From positions 8,432,001 to 8,496,000 of the forward strand of contig CM035355.1 in the NCBI GenBank assembly GCA_020137815.1: 64,000 bases of DNA. The letters run 5' to 3'. The translations under genes and the position numbers were made by a program. The stretch comes from Hormiphora californensis (taxonomy: Eukaryota > Animalia > Ctenophora). The notes under the pieces are model-generated. The model saw only the letters and a program-made list of their open reading frames with translations. It searched no databases and was not told the DNA's origin. Positions 1 through 29,134 of the stretch are shown here, in pieces (position 1 is the first letter of the stretch; each line of letters begins with the position of its first letter).

Positions 1-794
1 GAGAAAACTTGCAATTCTTCAAGAGTGTTGCAGCATCTTCGAAGTGCGATTACTAAATTTAAGGGTGCAAAACAATTAATTTTAAGGGATCTTATTGGAC
101 TGTTATTTAAAGACAAGGCAATGGATTTCCACACTTTTCGAACGCGTGAGTTTCCATTATGACGTCTATAAGATAAAATGATCTCTAGGTCGATCAATTT
201 AGGCAAAGTGACAAGCATATCTCTTAACCATGTTTCATCCAAGTCACATTTTACGATACTGAACGTCTCTAGAGTGGGCGGGATGTTGGCAGAAACTGTA
301 TTCAATCTCCTCAAACTGAGATGGGTAAAACTGAGATGGGTAAGGCTCCTGCACAATCCAACCGCAGTGAAAATTTCACAATTCATTTCAAATCTTGAGA
401 GATGGATATTGCACAGGTTTTCCTGGGCGGACTGTATTACTTGGGTCAGTTTCTTGGTCAAATACATATCAACCGGTATTAAATTACCATCGATGTACGA
501 CCATTGTCCGGGAATAAGAAGGTTGTTGATGTGATCAGAATGAAGATACTGAAGCGACGAAACGGCTGACCAGAAAATATTGTACCACCTCCTGCACACC
601 ATACTACACTCCGACTGATCCTTGTGATCTAGGAGTTTGAAAATAGAGAAGAGGTCATCATCAGATAGCCGGTGAATAGTAGGTTCCCCCTCCCTCTCTG
701 GGTCGGTAGACCACTCCTCGAATAGTGGGTGGAAATGTTGAACACTATTGTCCGGAATTTCTTCGACTTTACCATCGTCCCCTGATTCTGTCAT
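1..794 (-). CDS. F-box/leucine-rich repeat protein, 3' end outside window
   Basis: Hand translation from ATG 794 is open to the window edge (absent from the ORF track because there is no stop). F-box motif IHRLSDDDLFSIFKLLDHKDQSECSMVCRRWYNI, then LRR-like segments (CRSLTHLSF, PPTLETFSIVKC, LPKLIDLEI, CCNTLEELQV). A pyrimidine-rich TAG acceptor lies 2 nt before the ATG. Confidence 0.85.
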   Translation of the reverse strand, partial: MTESGDDGKVEEIPDNSVQHFHPLFEEWSTDPEREGEPTIHRLSDDDLFSIFKLLDHKDQSECSMVCRRWYNIFWSAVSSLQYLHSDHINNLLIPGQWSYIDGNLIPVDMYLTKKLTQVIQSAQENLCNIHLSRFEMNCEIFTAVGLCRSLTHLSFTHLSLRRLNTVSANIPPTLETFSIVKCDLDETWLRDMLVTLPKLIDLEIILSYRRHNGNSRVRKVWKSIALSLNNSPIRSLKINCFAPLNLVIALRRCCNTLEELQVF

Positions 795-1403
795 TGCTAC
801 AGAGGGGAATGAGGAAAAGTTTTGACAAGTTTTACGGTTCATTTTATTTTAGTGAGGGCTAAGTATGCTGTCTTTGTAGAGCAATATAACCGGGATATTA
901 CAACCCCGTCATTAAAATTCACTGTGATCATCTTTTCAAACCTGGCCCGTTTTGTGTGTAAATTGTTGCTATAAGATATAGTACTGGTGGGTGCGGTACC
1001 TTCTATCACTGTACTACTCGCCCCCTCTAACATCCTCTAACAGACATCTAGCTAGGGGGCTGTAAACCTAGTATCAGCAAAAAAGAGGGGGGGGGGCGCT
1101 TATTGTCACTTTGTTGTAGATCACTCACTTTATAACAGCTATAGTAGTTGTTTTCGGGTATCATATAAGGGTATCTGTGACTGTGTGATTTCAGACCTGT
1201 TTAGTTCTTAGAAAAGTCTCCTGGTCTCTAATTGGTGATATAACATGATGCTGTACAGTAAAATTGTGCTGCTACCAAGTACCAATTTCCAGTGACTGTT
1301 GTCAGATTTGGTGTTTTGATCTCTCTCCTAATTGTTTTTAATTTCTTTATAGAATTGAACAAGTTTATTAACGCCTAATTTTATTTAGCTAACTGTTGCA
1401 GCT

Positions 1404-1919
1404 ATGAGGACTGTTTTGGTCGTTCTACTTTTTCTAGGGGTTGTCTGTGCTCTTTCAGAAAAGAAAAACCTTCGGAGGACTCTTGGAGTAGAAAAGAAAA
1501 ACCTAAGGAGGACTCTTGGAGTAGAGAAGAAAAACCTAAGGAGGACTCTTGGAGTGGAAAAGAAAAACCTAAGGAGGACTCTTGGAGTAGAGAAGAAAAA
1601 CCTAAGGAGGACTTTGGGGCTGGAAAAGAAAAACCTAAGGAGAACTCTTGGAGTGGAAAAGAAAAACCTAAGGAGAACTCTTGGAGTGGAAAAGAAAAAC
1701 CTTAGGAGGACTTTGGGGCTGGAGAAGAAAAACCTTAGGAGGACTCTTGGAGTAGAAAAGAAAAACCTTAGGAGGACTCTTGGAGTGGAAAAGAAAAACC
1801 TCAGGAGGACTTTGGGAGTAGAAAAGAAAAACCTTAGGAGGACTCTTGGACTGGAAAAGAAAAACCTCAGGAGGACTCTTGGAGTGGAAAAGAAAAACCT
1901 CAGGAGGACTCTTGGATAA
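1404..1919 (+). CDS. Secreted repetitive peptide precursor (candidate neuropeptide prohormone), 14 x NLRRTLG separated by [V/L]EKK
   Basis: Signal peptide MRTVLVVLLFLGVVCA; 33-nt repeat whose variation is almost all synonymous; dibasic KK/RR sites; ends Gly-stop; AATAAA at 1927 and 1950; CAG acceptor just before the ATG. Confidence 0.8.
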   Translation: MRTVLVVLLFLGVVCALSEKKNLRRTLGVEKKNLRRTLGVEKKNLRRTLGVEKKNLRRTLGVEKKNLRRTLGLEKKNLRRTLGVEKKNLRRTLGVEKKNLRRTLGLEKKNLRRTLGVEKKNLRRTLGVEKKNLRRTLGVEKKNLRRTLGLEKKNLRRTLGVEKKNLRRTLG

Positions 1920-2113
1920 AACTTAGAATAAAACTCCGATATGAAAAGGAATAAATTAAATTTAAAACTTTTGTTCCATAAAAACTGTTTCAATAGAAAA
2001 CGATAAAAAGTCCTAAACACTAAACGTTCATTATGTGCCCCGCCACACTCTGCGTGCTAAATCAGATTTAGCACGCAGAGTGCAGAGTATAATACGTTTT
2101 TCTAAACACTAAA

Positions 2114-20819
<18,706 letters not shown>

Positions 20820-21072
20820 TATTGTAAGGTATGAAATCGGCAGTTCTTTCAATTCGACACAAATGAAAACTCAGAACTTCATAAAATATTTGTAATTTGA
20901 TAGAAATACTAGGCTGTCCAGTAAATAATTTCGTTGGGCTTTTCTGGGAAAATGGTTTAAGATAGAGCAAAATGGACTTCACCACTGTTTTTAGCACTCG
21001 ATTTTGAACCGGAATACAATGCCTGATATCGGTATGTGGTTGTTCTCGGTTCCCAGCAGGCTATTTTCGATG

Positions 21073-21658
21073 CCCCACTTTTGTTGCTGCTGCACGGGGT
21101 TACCAAAGTTTTCTAAACGCTGCCCTATGAAAACTGGTTCAGTCTTTTTAGCTCCTATGGTGCTTAATCGATAGCAAATTGTCTAAGGATGAGCTATGTT
21201 TGCGATTTTAGGCTCTAGGTGTTGACTTATAACCTCTAGAACAGTTAATGTAACATGAAAAAGCGCCAAAGTGCAAAAAAATTGGGCCTGTTTTACGGGT
21301 ATTTTTAAAAAACATCAATAACTCACTTTTTAAGTCAACCAATCACATAATTGGGTTCACTACGTCTTAGAACTGACTTAAAACTAACTTTTACTGCAGA
21401 GTTTTTGATTATAAGCCAATCCTGATAAGACCCGGAAGTGAAAGTTTCTAACTTTGACCAAACATTTTTGGAAGCCCATTGCTCAGTGAAAAATAAAGAT
21501 AGGATCTTTTATTACATCTCAAACGAAAGATAATTGTCTCATGAACAAGCTTGATGCAACAAAACATCACTCATGTACAATTTTTAAGAAGTACAGCAGG
21601 TTTAGTACTAAAACTTGAAAATCGTGATTTTCCATATGCAGCAGCAACGAGAGTGGGG
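21073..21658. mobile_element. Probable MITE
   Basis: Imperfect ~22-bp inverted ends CCCCACTTTTGTTGCTGCTGCA / TGCAGCAGCAACGAGAGTGGGG; AT-rich interior. Confidence 0.5.
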
Positions 21659-21835
21659 TATAGAAAGTTAAAGATCAACAGTGTACGTTGAAAAATAGAA
21701 AATATTGTGCGGTAAAAAGTATAAAAATGTCCATCGTCTACAAAATGTGTGGTATACATATTAAGTTCGTTGATTAATTGAATAAGTTAATAAGTTTATA
21801 AATTGATGATTAGTTGGAATCAATCTCGAAGAACT

Positions 21836-24800
21836 AATCCACGATTTGATTATCCCAGAACTTCTTAATCCACGATTTGATTATCCTAGAACTTCTTAAT
21901 CCTCGATTTGATTATCCTAGAACTTCTTAATCCACGATTTGATTATCCTAGAACTTCTTAATCCTCGATTTGATTATCCTAGAACTTCTTAATCCACGAT
22001 TTGATTATCCTAGAACTTCTTAATCCACGATTTGATTATCCTAGAACTTCTTAATCCACGATTTGATTATCCTAGAACTTCTTAATCCTCGATTTGATTA
22101 TCCTAGAACTTCTTAATCCTCGGGTTAGATTATCCCAGAACTTCTTAATCCACGATTTGATTATCCTAGAACTTCTTAATCCTCGATTTGATTATCCTAG
22201 AACTTCTTAATCCACGATTTGATTATCCTAGAACTTCTTAATCCTCGATTTGATTATCCTAGAACTTCTTAATCCACGATTTGATTATCCTAGAACTTCT
22301 TAATCCACGATTTGATTATCCTAGAACTTCTTAATCCACGATTTGATTATCCTAGAACTTCTTAATCCACGATTTGATTATCCTAGAACTTCTTAATCCA
22401 CGATTTGATTATCCTAGAACTTCTTAATCCACGATTTGATTATCCTAGAACTTCTTAATCCTCGATTTGATTATCCTAGAACTTCTTAATCCTCGGGTTA
22501 GATTATCCCAGAACTTCTTAATCCTCGGGTTAGATTATCCCAGAACTTCTTAATCCACGATTTGATTATCCCAGAACTTCTTAATCCACGATTTGATTAT
22601 CCCAGAACTTCTTAATCCTCGGGTTAGATTATCCCAGAACTTCTTAATCCTCGGGTTAGATTATCCCAGAACTTCTTAATCCTCGGGTTAGATTATCCCA
22701 GAACTTCTTAATCCTCGGGTTAGATTATCCCAGAACTTCTTAATCCTCGGGTTAGATTATCCTAGAACTTCTTAATCCTCGGGTTAGATTATCCTAGAAC
22801 TTCTTAATCCTCGGGTTAGATTATCCTAGAACTTCTTAATCCACGATTTGATTATCCTAGAACTTCTTAATCCTCGGGTTAGATTATCCCAGAACTTCTT
22901 AATCCTCGGGTTAGATTATCCCAGAACTTCTTAATCCACGATTTGATTATCCTAGAACTTCTTAATCCACGATTAGATTATCCTAGAACTTCTTAATCCT
23001 CGGGTTTGATTATCCCAGAACTTCTTAATCCTCGGGTTAGATTATCCTAGAACTTCTTAATCCTCGGGTTAGATTATCCCAGAACTTCTTAATCCACGAT
23101 TTGATTATCCCAGAACTTCTTAATCCTCGGGTTAGATTATCCTAGAACTTCTTAATCCTCGGGTTAGATTATCCCAGAACTTCTTAATCCTCGGGTTAGA
23201 TTATCCTAGAACTTCTTAATCCTCGGGTTAGATTATCCTAGAACTTCTTAATCCACGATTTGATTATCCTAGAACTTCTTAATCCTCGGGTTAGATTATC
23301 CTAGAACTTCTTAATCCTCGGGTTAGATTATCCTAGAACTTCTTAATCCTCGGGTTTGATTATCCCAGAACTTCTTAATCCTCGGGTTAGATTATCCTAG
23401 AACTTCTTAATCCTCGGGTTAGATTATCCCAGAACTTCTTAATCCTCGGGTTAGATTATCCCAGAACTTCCTCGGGTTAGATTATCCCAGAACTTCTTAA
23501 TCCACGATTTGATTATCCTAGAACTTCTTAATCCACGATTTGATTATCCCAGAACTTCTTAATCCTCGGGTTAGATTATCCCAGAACTTCTTAATCCACG
23601 ATTTGATTATCCCAGAACTTCTTAATCCTCGGGTTAGATTATCCCAGAACTTCTTAATCCTCGGGTTTGATTATCCTAGAACTTCTTAATCCTCGAGTTA
23701 GATTATCCCAGAACTTCTTAATCCTCGGGTTAGATTATCCTAGAACTTCTTAATCCTCGGGTTAGATTATCCCAGAACTTCTTAATCCTCGGGTTAGATT
23801 ATCCCAGAACTTCTTAATCCTCGGGTTAGATTATCCTAGAACTTCTTAATCCTCGGGTTAGATTATCCCAGAACTTCTTAATCCTCGGGTTTGATTATCC
23901 TAGAACTTCTTAATCCTCGAGTTAGATTATCCCAGAACTTCTTAATCCTCGGGTTAGATTATCCTAGAACTTCTTAATCCTCGGGTTAGATTATCCCAGA
24001 ACTTCTTAATCCTCGGGTTAGATTATCCCAGAACTTCTTAATCCTCGGGTTAGATTATCCTAGAACTTCTTAATCCACGATTTGATTATCCTAGAACTTC
24101 TTAATCCACGATTTGATTATCCTAGAACTTCTTAATCCTCGGGTTAGATTATCCCAGAACTTCTTAATCCACGATTTGATTATCCCAGAACTTCTTAATC
24201 CACGATTTGATTATCCTAGAACTTCTTAATCCTCGGGTTTGATTATCCCAGAACTTCTTAATCCTCGGGTTAGATTATCCCAGAACTTCTTAATCCACGA
24301 TTTGATTATCCTAGAACTTCTTAATCCTCGGGTTAGATTATCCCAGAACTTCTTAATCCACGATTTGATTATCCCAGAACTTCTTAATCCACGATTTGAT
24401 TATCCTAGAACTTCTTAATCCTCGGGTTAGATTATCCTAGAACTTCTTAATCCTCGGGTTAGATTATCCTAGAACTTCTTAATCCTCGATTTGATTATCC
24501 CAGAACTTCTTAATCCACGATTTGATTATCCCAGAACTTCTTAATCCTCGGGTTAGATTATCCCAGAACTTCTTAATCCACGATTTGATTATCCCAGAAC
24601 TTCTTAATCCTCGGGTTAGATTATCCCAGAACTTCTTAATCCACGATTTGATTATCCTAGAACTTCTTAATCCACGATTTGATTATCCTAGAACTTCTTA
24701 ATCCACGATTTGATTATCCTAGAACTTCTTAATCCACGATTTGATTATCCCAGAACTTCTTAATCCTCGGGTTAGATTATCCTAGAACTTCTTAATCCTC

Positions 24801-25504
24801 GGGTTAGATTATCCTAGAACTTCTTAATCCACGATTTGATTATCCCAGAACTTCTTAATCCACGATTTGATTATCCTAGAACTTCTTAATCCACGATTTG
24901 ATTATCCCAGAACTTCTTAATCCTCGGGTTAGATTATCCCAGAACTTCTTAATCCTCGGGTTAGATTATCCCAGAACTTCTTAATCCTCGGGTTAGATTA
25001 TCCCAGAACTTCTTAATCCTCGGGTTAGATTATCCCAGAACTTCTTAATCCTCGGTTAGATTATCCCAGAACTTCTTAATCCTCGGGTTAGATTATCCTA
25101 GAACTTCTTAATCCACGATTTGATTATCCCAGAACTTCTTAATCCACGATTTGATTATCCTAGAACTTCTTAATCCACGATTTGATTATCCCAGAACTTC
25201 TTAATCCTCGGGTTAGATTATCCCAGAACTTCTTAATCCTCGGGTTAGATTATCCCAGAACTTCTTAATCCTCGGGTTAGATTATCCCAGAACTTCTTAA
25301 TCCTCGGGTTAGATTATCCCAGAACTTCTTAATCCTCGGGTTAGATTATCCCAGAACTTCTTAATCCTCGGGTTAGATTATCCCAGAACTTCTTAATCCA
25401 CGATTTGATTATCCTAGAACTTCTTAATCCTCGGGTTAGATTATCCTAGAACTTCTTAATCCACGGGTTAGATTATCCCAGAACTTCTTAATCCTCGGGT
25501 TAGA
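21836..25504. repeat. 31-bp satellite, ~118 copies
   Basis: Unit aatcc[a/t]cg[at/gg]t[t/a]gattatcc[t/c]agaacttctt type, head-to-tail with no spacers. Confidence 0.95.
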
Positions 25505-28500
25505 CTCGTCCCCGTTCAGCACAATAACTGGCTTGCTGCCTATCTTCCTGGCCGCTGTCCTCTTCGTCCCCCATAGTTTTTAGCAAAAGACCCGAGATAG
25601 GATCCCAAATGTGAGCAGTCGCTGCATGTTCGTTTTTGATGAGGATTAGTCCGTCATTTCCTGCAGCTTCAAAGCCAGCTCCTCCGAATTCACAAGTCTG
25701 GGGAACTAAATCAAACACACTAATCTCTCTCAGTTTCACCAGTGAGAGATCAAATTCGAGGATTGAATCTCTCCAGGGGCAAACATAAACACGATTCTCA
25801 ATGTGCGTGAATATTTTTACCTCATAAGCCTCACATTCCAAATGGACCTTAATCGGCTTTCCTTCGAACGTAAAAGTCTTGTCAATTTCCTTGGCATCAA
25901 AATCACCACCCTTAGCCTTAATAACTTGTCTGGAGAGAGCGTTATCTTGGTACTTGTGGTAGCTGATCAACAATTTCTTTCCCGATACTTTATCATCAGC
26001 AACTGCATAACAGTCATACAGACATTCTTCCATCATCTTTACCAAGGGTTACTCTCTTGCTAGTGACTATGGAGCAAACATGAAAATTTGACTGCACCAT
26101 CAGCAACGTATAGGCTCCCAACCAGACTGGTGGGGCTGACAATTCTTCTCCACGAATTGCTATCTTTCTAACGAGGTCAAATGAAGGCAGACCGTACACT
26201 GTAATACACCGGTTGCGAGCTGGTTCATAATGTTTTCCCTTCTGGCTGATAATAATAAAGTATTCCTCTGTCTTATTAAACATGGTTAAAGCCTCTCGTT
26301 CGGGTCTCCAACCTTCAAAATCTGGAAGCAGTTCAATGGATTTCTCATTCAGATCTCTCTCGTCTTCCAAATCTACCACATGGATCTCATATTGCATACG
26401 CCTGTTCATCAAACCAGTCTTTGCGACAAGATACCGTCCACTTGGAGAAGTCTCGCACTGAGAGCAGTTAAAGTGAGAGTGGACCGACACAGAATTTGAC
26501 AAGGTTGATGTAGGTACTTAGTAGAGATTATTTCTCTGAGCATTTTGCTTTTTTCCCGCTTAAAATTGACCCCTCCATCACTGAGATACTTTTGTTATGT
26601 TGGGAGCATGACGTCACACATATATCTCTGTATTCTCTCTGTACATCGAACATGCCTGGGCGCGCACACATACAGAATACAAGAGATAGATGCGTGACGT
26701 CATTAAGGTGTGACAAACGCCCCATCATTTTTTCAAATTCATCCAATCACTCCAAATAATTTTTTGGGTGTGAGGTTCGACTTGAAATGAAATAGTATGA
26801 AGTTTGAAGTCAATCGGATGTAATTAAGAGGTCGCCGATAATTAATTATGATTTTACCTGTTGCGCGAGTGAAATTCACCGTTTAAGTGACTTCCGGGAA
26901 GTTTTGGCGTTCCTCTCTAACACAATCCGATCCGGAATGGCCATGTTTATATAATACGACTTATGAAGCAACATATATGGTCTAAAATGCTCAGTTTTAG
27001 AGTTATGGGCGAATTAGTGAATTATGACGTCACGCGTGTAGGCCAAGATGGTTATGCTGATTGTGGCTAATCGGGTGGCCCAAATTGTATTTTGACTAAA
27101 GGATCCGCTCCGGAATGGCCATGTTTATATATGACTTATGAAGCAACATATATGGCCTAAAATGCTTAGTTTTGGCGCTATGGGCGATTTTATGTCCACT
27201 GGTGTGCTATTTTTCCCAACTCATAAATCAAATCCAATTTTCACATAGTTTACCCCTAGAATGAGTTCCTACGATCATTCTAAAACATTTGGTAAAAAAA
27301 TTTTAGTCCTACCCTGGCCCAATTACGTGGGCCGATGTATGCCCATATATGGGCATATTCATATCAAAAAATGTTTTTTGGGGCGTTATTTCGAAAAAAC
27401 CACACATATGAATCGCCTCATGAGACTCAGTACAACCATTATTTCCAGTCTGAACCTTCAGAACTCCATTTTATAATGAAAAATTTATTTTTTTTCATCT
27501 TTTTTTCTTGCACATTTTCCTACTTTGCAGTATTAGTGGAGACGAATTTTAACTTTTTGAGATTTTGTTTGTCGGAATGCAAATTCCGGTTGTAACCGAC
27601 TAATTTTGACCTGCTGAACACGATCCCGTTCATGAAAAAGCTCTCAAAATGGAAGAAAATGACCAAAATGAACATTTTTAGTCAAAAATGAACATTTTTG
27701 GTCCAAAATGAACATTTTCAGGTCAAAAATGAACTCTGGCTAATTTTCATGATACACATCCATTCTGATCGGTATCAAACCGCTGAACACGACCCTGTCT
27801 ATAAAAAGTTGATATCAAGAACATGCCAAACACTGGTGTAAAACACACATATTTTCCTTTTTTCGGTAAAAAAGTAAACTTTTTTAATCGCCTGGCCCAC
27901 GTAATTGACATACACTACCCCGATTCCGTTTTCAGGATTTAGTAGACAATTGTCCATAGTTTCATATCTACCCTTAACCTATTGGCCAAGTCGACAAAAT
28001 TTTCACTTAGCACACCCTAATGTCCAGTAAGCTACATGTCACGTGACTAAGTTATCAAACAGAAAATCGCTCCTAGCTCCAAAACTAAGCATTTTAGACC
28101 ATATGTTGCTTCATAAGTCGTATATACATGGCCATTCCGGATCGGATGGTGTTCGAGAGAAACGCCAAAACTTCCCGGAAGTCACTTACACGGTGAATTT
28201 CACTCGTGCAACAGGTAAAATCATAATTAATTATCGGCGACCCCTTAATTACATCCGATTGACTTCAAACTTCTTATTATTTCATTTTAAGTCGAACCTC
28301 ACACCCAAAAAATTATTTGGAGCAATTGAATAAGGTCGGGGCGTTTGTCACACCCTAGACGTCATGCTCCCAACATAACAAAAGTATCTCAGTGATGGAG
28401 GGGTCAATTTTAAGCGGGAAAAAAGCAAAATGCTCATATCAGAGAAATAATCTCTACTACCTACAACAACCTTGTCAAATTCTGTGTCTGTCCACTCTCA

Positions 28501-28668
28501 CTTTAACGACATTGTGAATGGCCGACTCTTGTTTATAAACGTCAATTTGCTTCCCGAACTCCTGACAGACTGTGTAGTCATCTTGGAAGGAGCTAGTTCG
28601 AGGTGGTTGGGTACTGGATGGGTTTCGATTGTAGTTTAGAAACAGTAAATCCTTCCAAAACTCGTCAT
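25500..28668 (-). pseudogene. Large exon of a beta-propeller-like (possibly F-box/WD-type) protein, interrupted by a TTAA element and one frameshift
   Basis: Acceptor at 28669; removing 26472-28506 joins ORF 28475-28690 to ORF 26014-26502 in frame (...SAIHNVVNCSQCETSPSGRYLVAK...). Continues after a frameshift near 26045 into ORF 25500-26045 (AHIWDPISGLLLKTM is WD-like). Upstream exons not found. Confidence 0.6.
26472..28502. mobile_element. Non-autonomous DNA transposon, TTAA target duplication, AG...CT termini (Kolobok-like), long imperfect TIRs
   Basis: TTAA at 26468-26471 and 28503-28506; ends AGTGAGAGTGGAC / GTCCACTCTCACT; inverted similarity extends ~500 bp; removal restores the host reading frame. 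Confidence 0.85.
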
Positions 28669-29134
28669 CTGAAAAATAAGTCAAAATCATGAATGAAGAG
28701 AAACAAATTGCAATTCAATTGATGTGTAATAAACCTTCAAATCAAATCAAATCAAATCAAATTTACACACAATCTTAACGCGTGCGGATTTCCCAGCGAG
28801 TGGGTCCTCCTTGTCAAGTCTTAACTCAAAATATTAAAATCAAATCGCCCCGTCAGTCATCAGCAGCAGCAAAAACAGCAAAACCTTTGATAGTGCTGTG
28901 CCATTTCTGGGATACACAGGCGATCTCTAGTAAATCTGCAACTCCTAGTTGAGAGGCGATCTTCGTGAATATCTCATATGGCAGGGTACTTAACATATCC
29001 TGCAGTGTCAAATCAAATCAAATCAAATTCATAAATTTGCGTAACACACAGGATATTTAAAAAAATAAACCTCCTAAAAAGAGTCAATACTCAGTACACT
29101 CACAGCACAGCGACACATAACACACTAACACGCA

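Noticed and set aside
1385-2020. 211-aa minus-strand ORF (PRVLLRFFFST repeats)
   Set aside because: Antisense shadow of the peptide precursor; the signal peptide, acceptor and polyA signals all belong to the + strand frame.
21836-25504. CRISPR-like appearance of 31-, 34/36- and 68-bp arrays
   Set aside because: Units are head-to-tail with no unique spacers, there are no cas genes, and the context is eukaryotic and intron-rich.
26528-28333. Short ORFs inside the TTAA element
   Set aside because: They lie in or between the inverted repeats and show no transposase motifs.
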